Positions 31,437-39,505 of a DNA stretch of 64,000 nt are shown here, piece after piece. Origin of the DNA: an uncultured bacterium (GTDB lineage Bacteria > Krumholzibacteriota > Krumholzibacteriia > JACNKJ01). The number at the start of each line of letters is the position of its first letter. Position 1 is the first letter of the stretch. The notes beneath the pieces are model-generated. The model worked only from the letters and a program-made list of their open reading frames with translations, ran no database searches and had not been told where the DNA came from. The translations under genes were made by a program, and so were the position numbers. The stretch spans positions 1,920,001-1,984,000 of the forward strand of contig CAVOFT010000001.1 in the NCBI GenBank assembly GCA_963695095.1, written 5' to 3'.

Positions 31437-31465
31437 GAAGTCCTCCCGCTGTGCGGGGGGACTTC
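31437..31465 (+). terminator. Stem-loop after tRNA-Pro(GGG)
   Basis: 13-bp stem GAAGTCCTCCCGC/GCGGGGGGACTTC. Confidence 0.6.
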
Positions 31466-31592
31466 GTCATTTGCACCCGGCGCCTCCCCTTTCTCATCCC
31501 GGCTCGCTTGAGACATCGCTTCAATCCGCAGCGCGAAGGGACTAGACTCTAGGGGCTAGGCTACGCCCGGCCATCCGCCCCCGGAGGTTCCC

Positions 31593-33800
31593 ATGCGCAT
31601 GCGCCTCATCGCCCTGCTACTGATCGCCCTACCCACCTTCGCCCAGGCGGCCATCAATGCCGATCTGCAGGCGGCCACCGAGCGCCTGCTGCCTGCCGAT
31701 ATCCCTGCGGGCCTGCTCCTGGATCGCGTGCTGGACATGGCGGCTGCGCCCGCCCTGGACGGCAGCGCCGAGGCGCCCGCCATCGGCCCCGCGCGCCTGC
31801 GGCAGCTCGTGCACGAGCTGCGGGGCGCGGCGAGCGTGCCACTCGCCTGGCCGGACGGCGAGGCCCTGCGTGCGAGCGCCCGTCCGGGAGCCGACCCCGC
31901 GCTGATCGCGCTCGCGCTCGTCGATGTCGAGATCGCCCGCCTGCGCCCGGATGCCCTCGAGGCGGGGCTCCTGCGCTGGGAGGGCCGGCAGCTCGTGGAG
32001 ACGGGCCTGGGCGATCCCTACCTGAGCCAGCCGCTCGTCGCCGCCGCGGCCCTGCGCGCGCAGACGAGGCACGCCGGGGACCTCCGGCTCCTGCTGGCGA
32101 GCGAGTTTCTCCTGCGCACGGTGCCCGGCGACGCGCCCGCGCTGACCCTCGACGCCGACGACGGCCTCGGCTTCCGCCCCCTCGCCCTCGACAGGGCCTT
32201 CCCCGTCGACTACGGGAGTCCCGGCCTGAAGAGCCTGACCCTCCGTCTCGAGCGCGCCGACGGCGAATCCGCCTACGCGCGCTTCACCCTCGACGTCCGC
32301 GATCAGCAGGCGCCGCCCTACGACGAGCTCTGGCCCCTCACCGCCGAGACGCCCTACGCCGGCGGCCTGGCCAGCGGCCAGGCCTTCGTCTACCGGGCGC
32401 CGGGGCATGCGGCGGTCGAGAATCCCGTGATCGTTGTGGAGGGCTTCGACCTCGACAACGTGATGGGCTGGGACGAGCTCTACGATCTGCTCAACCAGCA
32501 GAACCTGCTCGAGGATCTGCGCGCGGAGGGCTACGACGCCATCGTGCTCAACTTCACCGAGTCCACCGATTACATCCAGCGCAATGCCTATCTGCTGGTC
32601 ACGCTGCTCGCGACCGTGCAGGCCGCGCTCGCCGATCCCGAGCAGGACATCGCCCTCATCGGCGCCAGCATGGGGGGGCTGGTCTCGCGCTACGCCCTCG
32701 CGGCGATGGAGCAGGCCGGCCAGCCGCACCGCGTGCGCAGCTTCATCAGCTTCGACTCGCCGCAGATGGGCGCCAACATCCCGCTCGGCATGCAGTACTG
32801 GCTGGATTTCTTCCGCATCGAGTCCGAGGAGGCCGGCCACCTGCTCAGCCGCCTCGACACGCCGGCCGCCCGGCAGATGCTCGTCTACCACCACACGAAC
32901 CCGCCCGGCGGCACGGGCGAGGCCGACGCCCTGCGCGGCGTGCTCGCCGCCGAGCTCGTGGCGCTGGGCGACTACCCCGCCGACCTGCGCAAGGTGGCCA
33001 TCGCCAACGGCAGCGGCGCCGGCGCCACCCAGGGCTTCGCCGCCGGCGAGCAGATCGTCAGCTACGAGTACGCGAGCTGGCTGGTCGACATCATCGGCAA
33101 CGTCTGGGCGGTGCCGGACGGGGCGAGCCACATCATCTTCGACGGCGAGATCGACCGCATCTGGCCCCTGAACGACGACGCGCTCAGCGTCACCGTCAGC
33201 GGCACCCTGCCCTTCGACAATGCCCCCGGCGGCGCGCGGGCCTCGATGGCCGAGATGGACGCCACCCAGGCCCCCTACGGCGACATCGTCGCGCTCCACG
33301 ACGCGCACTGCTTCATCCCCACCGTGAGCGCGCTCGCGCTGGCCACCGACGATCCCTTCTTCGACATCGCGGGCGCGGGGGACCTCTCCGCGCTGACGCC
33401 CTTCGATGCCGTCTACTTCCCCGCGGCCAACCAGGACCACGTGCTGGTGACGGCCGAGAACAAGGCCTGGTTCATGGTCGAGATCGCGGCGACGGCCAGC
33501 GGCCTGCCGATCGCGCCCGCGCCGGCGGCCCTGGCCCTGGCGGCCTGGCCCAATCCCTTCCGGCCCAGCGTCACCCTGAGCTTCACGCTGGCGGCGCCGG
33601 CGGCCGTCGAGCTCAGCATTCACGATGTGGCGGGCCGGCGCCTGCGCAGGCTCGAAGCGGGCAGCTTCGCCGGCGGCGAGCAGCGCCTCGCCTGGGACGG
33701 CCGCGACGATGCCGGCCGCAGCCTGCCCAGCGGCGTCTACCTCGCCCGCCTGAGGGCGGGGGACGCTGCCGAGAATCTGCGGCTGCTCAGGCTCCGCTAG
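31593..33800 (+). CDS. Secreted alpha/beta-hydrolase with FlgD-Ig / T9SS-CTD-like C-terminal domain
   Basis: Signal peptide; VEGFD and GASMGG nucleophile elbow; C-terminal WPNPF...HDVAGR...WDGRD..G..LPSGVYLARL. Confidence 0.8.
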   Translation: MRMRLIALLLIALPTFAQAAINADLQAATERLLPADIPAGLLLDRVLDMAAAPALDGSAEAPAIGPARLRQLVHELRGAASVPLAWPDGEALRASARPGADPALIALALVDVEIARLRPDALEAGLLRWEGRQLVETGLGDPYLSQPLVAAAALRAQTRHAGDLRLLLASEFLLRTVPGDAPALTLDADDGLGFRPLALDRAFPVDYGSPGLKSLTLRLERADGESAYARFTLDVRDQQAPPYDELWPLTAETPYAGGLASGQAFVYRAPGHAAVENPVIVVEGFDLDNVMGWDELYDLLNQQNLLEDLRAEGYDAIVLNFTESTDYIQRNAYLLVTLLATVQAALADPEQDIALIGASMGGLVSRYALAAMEQAGQPHRVRSFISFDSPQMGANIPLGMQYWLDFFRIESEEAGHLLSRLDTPAARQMLVYHHTNPPGGTGEADALRGVLAAELVALGDYPADLRKVAIANGSGAGATQGFAAGEQIVSYEYASWLVDIIGNVWAVPDGASHIIFDGEIDRIWPLNDDALSVTVSGTLPFDNAPGGARASMAEMDATQAPYGDIVALHDAHCFIPTVSALALATDDPFFDIAGAGDLSALTPFDAVYFPAANQDHVLVTAENKAWFMVEIAATASGLPIAPAPAALALAAWPNPFRPSVTLSFTLAAPAAVELSIHDVAGRRLRRLEAGSFAGGEQRLAWDGRDDAGRSLPSGVYLARLRAGDAAENLRLLRLR

Positions 33801-33878
33801 GCCGGCCAAAAGATGCTGCTCAGCCGGGCGCCGTTGCGCTAGAGTGGCCCCGGTCTTCTCCCCAGAGGTGGCGTCCGC

Positions 33879-34634
33879 ATGCGCATCCTGCTCAGCAACG
33901 ACGACGGCATCCATGCGCGCGGGCTGGCCGCCCTGCGCGAGGCGCTGGCCCCGCTCTGCGAACTCTGGGTGGTGGCGCCCGCCTCCCAGCAGAGCGCGAG
34001 CAGCCACAGCCTCACCCTGCACACCATCCTGCGCCGGCACCGCATCGAGGAGCGCGTCTTCGCCGTGGACGGCACGCCGGCCGACAGCGTGCTGATGGCG
34101 ATCAACGGCCTCATGGCGGCGACGCCGCCGGATCTCGTGATCTCGGGCGTCAACCACGGGCCGAACATGGGGGAGGACGTGCACTACTCGGGCACGGTGG
34201 CGGCAGCCATCGAGGCGGCGATCCTCGGCGTGCCGGCCCTGGCCGTCTCGGTGGCGGCCTTCCGGGAGCAGATCTTCAGCGGCGCCACGCAGTTCATCGC
34301 CGACCTGGTGACCCGGCACCCCGAGGAGCTGACGCGGCCCGGCACCCTGCTCAACGTCAACGTGCCCAATCTGCCGGCGGCGGCGATCCGCGGCGTGAGC
34401 ATCACGCGGCTGGGCAGCCGCTACTACGGCGATGTCATTCTGCGCAAGGAGGACCCGCGCGGGCGCGAGTACTTCTGGATCGGCGGTGAGGAGCCCACCT
34501 GGCGCGAAGGGGACGACTCGGACTTCCACGCCGTGCACAGCCGGCAGGAGATCTCGGTCACGCCGCTGGCGCTGGATCTCACGGACCACGGCGGCCGGGC
34601 TGCGCTGGCCCACTGGGCCGAGCGCCGGCCATGA
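33879..34634 (+). CDS. surE: 5'/3'-nucleotidase SurE
   Basis: ILLSNDDG, GTPAD, SGVNHGPN, YSGTV. Confidence 0.97.
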   Translation: MRILLSNDDGIHARGLAALREALAPLCELWVVAPASQQSASSHSLTLHTILRRHRIEERVFAVDGTPADSVLMAINGLMAATPPDLVISGVNHGPNMGEDVHYSGTVAAAIEAAILGVPALAVSVAAFREQIFSGATQFIADLVTRHPEELTRPGTLLNVNVPNLPAAAIRGVSITRLGSRYYGDVILRKEDPRGREYFWIGGEEPTWREGDDSDFHAVHSRQEISVTPLALDLTDHGGRAALAHWAERRP

Positions 34635-35302
34635 GCGGGAGCGCAGGAATGGGTCGGGGCGAGCTCTTCGCCGTAGCCCGGGAGCGGATGGTCGCCCGCT
34701 TGCGGGTGCAGGGCCTGGCGGGGGAGGAGGTGCTCGGCGCCATGGCCGAGCTGCCCCGGCATCTCTTCGTGGATGCCGCGCTGGGGAGTCGAGCCTACGG
34801 CCGCGACGCCCTGCCGATCGGTTACGGGCAGACGCTCTCCCATCCCGAGATCGTGGCCCGCATGACCGAAGCCCTGCTGGTCGAGCCCGGGCAGAAGGTC
34901 CTCGAAGTCGGCACCGGCTCCGGGTACCAGGCCGCGCTCCTCGCCAGCCTGGGCCTGCGGGTGTGGACGCTCGAGCGCATCGCGGGCCTTCTGGAGCGCG
35001 CGCGCCCCCTCTGGGCCCGCCTGGGCCTGGAGACGCTGATCGTGGCTCGCCACGGCGACGGCTACCGCGGCTGGCCGGAAGCCGGCCCCTTCGGGCGCAT
35101 CATCGTGACGGCGGCGCCCCGCGCGGTGCCGACGGCCCTGCTGGGGCAGCTGGCCGAAGGGGGCCTGCTCGTCACCCCCATGGGCGGCGAATCCGATCAG
35201 CGCCTGCTGCGCTTCCGCCTGCAGGGTGAGCGGGCCTTCCGGGAGGATCTCGGCGCCTGTTCCTTCGTGCCGATGCTGAGCCGGACCCTGGGGGCCGGCT
35301 AG
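34631..35302 (+). CDS. pcm: Protein-L-isoaspartate O-methyltransferase
   Basis: PRHLFV, LPIGYGQT, VLEVGTGSGYQAA, FVPM. Confidence 0.95.
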   Translation: MSGSAGMGRGELFAVARERMVARLRVQGLAGEEVLGAMAELPRHLFVDAALGSRAYGRDALPIGYGQTLSHPEIVARMTEALLVEPGQKVLEVGTGSGYQAALLASLGLRVWTLERIAGLLERARPLWARLGLETLIVARHGDGYRGWPEAGPFGRIIVTAAPRAVPTALLGQLAEGGLLVTPMGGESDQRLLRFRLQGERAFREDLGACSFVPMLSRTLGAG

Positions 35303-35318
35303 GGGCGGGGAAAGGCCC

Positions 35319-35347
35319 TTTACACCCGTGGGGCCATGACTTATGTT
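35319..35347 (+). promoter_or_regulatory. sigma70-type promoter of tRNA-Pro(CGG), possibly also serving the sigma gene
   Basis: TTTACA-17 nt-TATGTT. Confidence 0.6.
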
Positions 35348-35358
35348 TGCAGCCGTGT

Positions 35359-35433
35359 CGGGGTGTAGCGCAGCCCGGTTAGCGCGCCTCGTTCGGGACG
35401 AGGAGGTCGGAGGTTCAAATCCTCTCACCCCGA
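35359..35433 (+). tRNA. tRNA-Pro(CGG)
   Basis: Acceptor CGGGGTG/CACCCCG; anticodon arm CCTCG-TTCGGGA-CGAGG; GGTTCAAATCC. Confidence 0.96.
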
Positions 35434-35467
35434 CCCTTTTTTTTCGCTCAGTCCCCCGGAGTACGCC

Positions 35468-36322
35468 GTGGCGGGCGATTTCGAATCCGTCTATGTCCGG
35501 GAGATTTCGAGAATCCCCGTCTTGGGCCCCGAGAAGGAGCGCGCGCTGGCCCGCCGGCTGCGCGACGGGGATGCTGATGCCCGACGGGAGCTGATCGTCA
35601 GCAACCTCCGGCTGGTGCTCAGCATCGCGCGGTCTTACGCGGGGCGCGGCGTCGGCCTGATGGATATCGTCGAAGAGGGCAACCTGGGCCTCATCCGCGC
35701 CGTGGAGAAGTTCAATCCCGATCGCGGCTTTCGCTTCTCCACCTATGCCTCCTACTGGATCAAGCAGGCCATGGCCCGCGCAGTGGCCAACCAGGGACGG
35801 ACCATCCGCATCCCTTTCCATGTCTACCAGCTCGTGAATCGCTACACGCGCTTGATGGTCCGCGAGAGCCAGGCAGCGAGCAGTTCCGATGCGGAGCTCG
35901 CGCGGCGCCTGCACTGCACCGAGCGCAAGGCCCACCTGCTGCGCAATCTCGTGATGGGGATCCTCTCGCTCGACCTGCTGATGAGCCAGGGCGCGATGAA
36001 GGAGCTCTATGCGGCGGAAGAGAACCGTGTGGGCCAGACGCCGGAAGATGTCGTTGCCCTGCAACTCGAGCACGAGCAGGTGCACCGTCTCATGGACAAG
36101 CTGTCGGAGCGCGAGCGCGCCGTCCTGCGCATTCGCTACGGCTTCGAGTCCGCTGGGGAGTTTCAAACGCTGGAGGAAACGGGGCGCGCCTTCGGGGTCA
36201 CGCGCGAGCGCGCCCGCCAGATCGAGATGAAGGCCTTGCGGAAGCTGCGCTTGCTCCTGCTGAGCGAGGAGGCAGGCAACGGCGAGGTTGGTGAACAGAG
36301 CCCCCGTAGCTCAGGCGGATAG
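35468..36322 (+). CDS. RpoS/RpoD-family sigma factor lacking region 1.1
   Basis: [56 protein letters not shown]. Confidence 0.9.
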   Translation: MAGDFESVYVREISRIPVLGPEKERALARRLRDGDADARRELIVSNLRLVLSIARSYAGRGVGLMDIVEEGNLGLIRAVEKFNPDRGFRFSTYASYWIKQAMARAVANQGRTIRIPFHVYQLVNRYTRLMVRESQAASSSDAELARRLHCTERKAHLLRNLVMGILSLDLLMSQGAMKELYAAEENRVGQTPEDVVALQLEHEQVHRLMDKLSERERAVLRIRYGFESAGEFQTLEETGRAFGVTRERARQIEMKALRKLRLLLLSEEAGNGEVGEQSPRSSGG

Positions 36323-36372
36323 AGCAGCGGTTTCCTAAACCGCGTGGGCAGGTTCGAGTCCTGCCGGGGGTA
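36300..36372 (+). tRNA. tRNA-Arg(CCT)
   Basis: Acceptor GCCCCCG/CGGGGGT; anticodon arm GCGGT-TTCCTAA-ACCGC; GGTTCGAGTCC; short 4-nt variable loop. Confidence 0.9.
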
Positions 36373-36410
36373 CCTGATCGGGATGGGTAGGGGCATGGGC
36401 GGTGGGCATG

Positions 36411-36533
36411 AAAAAACGAGGGGCTCACCGCTGAGTACGTATGACTACCCACCCTTCAGAGGCTCGTGCGGCAATCGCTTCGCTGAGATGCATGAGGATA
36501 CGGGGTCACGTACTCCCAGTAGAGCCCACTCGC
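36411..36533 (-). ncRNA. Candidate ~123-nt rod-shaped ncRNA of unknown family
   Basis: Own TTGACA-17-TAACCT promoter; end-to-end nested pairing (GCGAG/CUCGU, GGGCUC/GAGCCC, GAGUACGU/ACGUACUC and others); G-U wobbles favour the minus strand; ends in U6. Confidence 0.75.
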
Positions 36534-36539
36534 GAACGA

Positions 36540-36568
36540 AGGTTAGCAGCGAGGTCAAGGGCTGTCAA
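36540..36568 (-). promoter_or_regulatory. sigma70-type promoter of the candidate ncRNA
   Basis: TTGACA-17 nt-TAACCT with extended -10 TG; the first paired G lies 7 nt downstream. Confidence 0.8.
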
Positions 36569-36669
36569 CGCGGTCCGGCAATATTTTGCGCTATGATGCG
36601 CGTATCCGTAATCCCTGCGTAATGAACGCGTTATCCTGGCTGAAATATCGCCATTCCGTCACCAGGCCG

Positions 36670-36702
36670 AAATAAATAGGCGCCCCTCCAGGAAGGGCGC
36701 CT
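36670..36702 (-). terminator. Intrinsic terminator after the small-peptide ORF
   Basis: AGGCGCCCTTC-CTG-GAGGGGCGCCT then ATTTATTT. Confidence 0.7.
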
Positions 36703-36734
36703 TAGGTATGGAAAGCCATTGGGTCCTCTTGAAC

Positions 36735-36788
36735 TTAGTCTCGCAACCACCAGAAGAGATCCAGCAGTCCGCAGAAGAACACCAACAT
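36735..36788 (-). CDS. Candidate 17-aa hydrophobic small protein MLVFFCGLLDLFWWLRD
   Basis: AAGGAGG RBS 7 nt before ATG; upstream sigma54-type promoter; downstream terminator; too short for the ORF track. Confidence 0.6.
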   Translation of the reverse strand: MLVFFCGLLDLFWWLRD

Positions 36789-36840
36789 GGGTTCTCCTCC
36801 TTTCCTTCAGGACCTCGGCCGAGATGTCCGCATCGTGCCT

Positions 36841-36856
36841 TGCAAGGCCCGTGCCG
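36841..36856 (-). promoter_or_regulatory. sigma54 (-24/-12)-type promoter
   Basis: CGGCACG-GGCC-TTGCA versus consensus TGGCACG-N4-TTGCW, with exact GG-N10-GC spacing. Confidence 0.7.
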
Positions 36857-36875
36857 TTGCCAAGCAATCCTCGGT

Positions 36876-39372
36876 CTAGCTAGCGATCCGCATGAATACA
36901 AAGGAGATATCGTCGCTCTGGGCACCCTCGCCGAAGCGGGTGAGCTCGTCCAGAAGCTGGTCGGAAAGGCCTTCTAGACCTTCATCCGTGCGCGATTGCA
37001 GCCAGCCCGCCAGGCGCTCCTCGCCATAGGACTCCTGCTGGCGGTCCAGCTGATCCTCCAGCCCGTCCGAGCGCAGGAAGAGCAGGTCCCCCGGACGCAG
37101 TTGCAGCACCCCCTGCAGGTAGGACTGCCCCTGCTCCACCCCCAGCAGCTGACCGCCGCGCCGCAGGCGCTCGAGGCGCCCTTCCCGGCGGAGGAGCCAG
37201 GGCGCGGGCATGCCGGCATTGCAGTAGCGCAGAAGCCCGCTGTCGCGCTCCACCTGCCCATAGAAGAAGCCCGCGAAGGTGCCATGCCGGCGCGCCCGAT
37301 CAGCAACCAGCCGGCCGAGCGACTGGTTCATGCCGGCCAGGACCTGGGCGGGGGCGAGACCGTCGGCGGCCTGGGCGTGGAAGGCCACGGCCACGGAGGA
37401 GATCAGCATCGCCGCCGGGACGCCATGCCCCGTCGCATCGCCGAGGGCGAGACCCAGCCGGCGTTCGTCGAACTCGAGGAAGTCGTAGTAGTCCCCGCCC
37501 ACTTCGCTGCTGGTCCGCATGCGGCCCGCCAGCTCGATCCAGGGCAGGCGAGGCGTGCGGCGGGGGAGGAGGTCGAGCTGGATGCTGCGGGCCAGCTCCA
37601 TCTCGCTGCGCAAGCGCTCCTCCCGGGAGGCCAGGGCGACAAGACTCAGGTTGCGCAGGTGCAGTTCGAGCGGGGCAACCAGCCGCTGCAGGCCTTCGAT
37701 GATCTCCGCGTCGTAGAGCGCCCGGCGCCGGGAAGGACCGAGCACCAGCAGCGCCGGGCGATCGCTGTCGCCGCTGAGGCGAAGCAGCAGGGCCCAATCG
37801 TGGGCCTTGCAGTAGGGGAGGGCCTCCGGGCCCAGCAGGCTCCGCGCCCAGTAGGGGTCCCACTGCTCCGCAGCGAGGAAGCAGCGCTTGCCCAGCAGGG
37901 CCTCCTCGAGAGTGCCAGGCAGGCTGTAGCCGGCGCCAGCGTCGGGGACCGTGATGGAGGCCGGGGAACCGCCCTCGCTTACCCAGCGATCCTGGACGCG
38001 CCAGCTGCCATCGTCCTCGCCTTCCAGCCAGAGCAGCCAGGTGGATTCCGCCTCCCAGCCCAGCCGCGGCAGGAGCGCTCGGCTCAGCTCGCGCCGGCAG
38101 GTGAAGTAGCGCGGGGGCGCGAGCCAGCGCAAGCAATCCTGAAAAGGCGCTTCGCTGCCCTCGCGACTGCGGCGCAACAGGCGGCGGCGCAGGGGCACGA
38201 CCATCGGCAGCGCGATGAGCAGAGCGAGGGTGTCGAAGACGAGGTCTTCGGGAGCGCTTGCTGTCCCGGGGCGCAGCGCGTGCAGCCCGAGTCGAACGAG
38301 GAGGAAGAGGCCGATCAACAGGGCGCTCGCGATGAGGAGCCGGCGCAAACGCGCGGCGCGGTGATAGAGGGCCGGCAGGTCCGGTCCCAGGATGCCCAGG
38401 GCGAAGCTGAGCGGCAGGAGCGTGAGCGACAGGGGAATCCAATCCGCTAGCCCCAGGCGCCGTCCCGGCAGGACCTGGTGCAGTAGCTGGAAGACGACGA
38501 GGGGAAGCAGTCCGAAGAGCGCGGCGATGAGCACGAGGCGGATGCGCCGTCGCTCACGGCGATGCTTGCGCCGGAAGGCCTTGAACACGAGGACGCCGAG
38601 GCCGAGCAACAGCAGGAGGCCGCTCTGGATGGCGGCGACCTGCTGCAGTGTCCGCGCCGGGGCGGCCGTGCCCGCGATCGGAAGATCGGCGAGGATCGCC
38701 GAGGCCGACCACGAGGGCGAGCAAGAGGGGGGGCAGGTAGATCAGCAGGCGCAGGACCAGAGGCCGCGCTCGCCGCTCCGGAAAGAGGATGATGAAGTGG
38801 AGCCAGACCGCGGGCAGCAGCAGGGCGAACACGTCGGCCTTCCACTCCAGGAAGGTCGCCGCCGCACCGGGCCCCGGCCGGGGATCGAGCGCGAAGAGCG
38901 AGCCGATGAGCAGGGTGAGCAGGAAGAAGAGCCTGGCCAGGGGGTCGCGGCGACGGCCCTGCACCCAGTACCCGATGAGGAAGACGGCGATGGCCGCAAG
39001 TGTGCGCAGGCTCAGGCCGAAGCGGCGGCCGAGATCGGGCGGGCGCAGGGATAGCGTCTGCTCGAGGCGTTCGCTTCCGCGCTGCACCTCGAGGCGGATG
39101 GGGCCGGCTCGTGCGCCCGCCACCAGGGCGGCGCTGGCCTCGGCGTCCCGGCGGGGACTGTGGCCGTTGATGCGCAGGAGGCGATCGCCGGCTTGAAGCG
39201 ATGCCTGCCCTTCCCCGGCGGGCGCGTTGGGTATCACCCGCAGCTGCCTGAGGCGGAAGGGGAGCTCCGGCCCCTGCCAGCGCTCGCTGAGGCCGGCGGC
39301 GGCCAAGAGGATCAAGGCGACGAGGGCGAGGGCGGGCAGGGCGCGCCGAAGCCCCAGAAAGAACCTGGCCAT
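36876..39372 (-). CDS. Membrane PDZ-like / multi-TM / SpoIIE (PP2C) phosphatase; apparent 1-nt insertion near 38700-38730
   Basis: LQAGDRLLRING PDZ-like motif, several TM helices, VGGDYYD, GDATGHG, NAG, SDG, DDIS. Confidence 0.8.
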
Positions 39373-39426
39373 GCCTGCATTTCAACTGCGGCCGCGGGTT
39401 TTGTCAACGGCAGTGACCACGCTAGC

Positions 39427-39455
39427 TTGCAGCCTGCGCCCGGGCGTGCTAAATT
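39427..39455 (+). promoter_or_regulatory. sigma70-type promoter of the TPR gene
   Basis: TTGCAG-17 nt-TAAATT with extended -10 TG. Confidence 0.55.
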
Positions 39456-39505
39456 CTCGCTCTTCATTCCTCGCGCCCGCGCGGGCGCCAGCCCGGGAGA
39501 TCCGC

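Noticed and set aside
36411..36533. Rod RNA as SRP (4.5S) RNA or as a plain terminator
   Set aside because: It lacks the GNRA-capped CAGG/AGCA domain-IV signature, is far longer than a terminator, and has its own correctly spaced promoter.
36735..36788. 17-aa ORF (FF, WW) as a Trp/Phe attenuator leader peptide
   Set aside because: No amino-acid biosynthetic or transport gene lies downstream, the next unit has its own promoter, and I could not identify an antiterminator.
36373..36875. Lower-GC interval after tRNA-Arg as a prophage or island remnant
   Set aside because: No integrase and no duplicated tRNA 3' end; the interval is largely explained by two promoters, a small ORF, a terminator and a structured RNA.
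36344..36977. ORF-track calls 36344-36622, 36631-36867, 36659-36925 and 36708-36977
   Set aside because: No RBS, atypical composition, and they overlap the tRNA, terminator or promoter elements.
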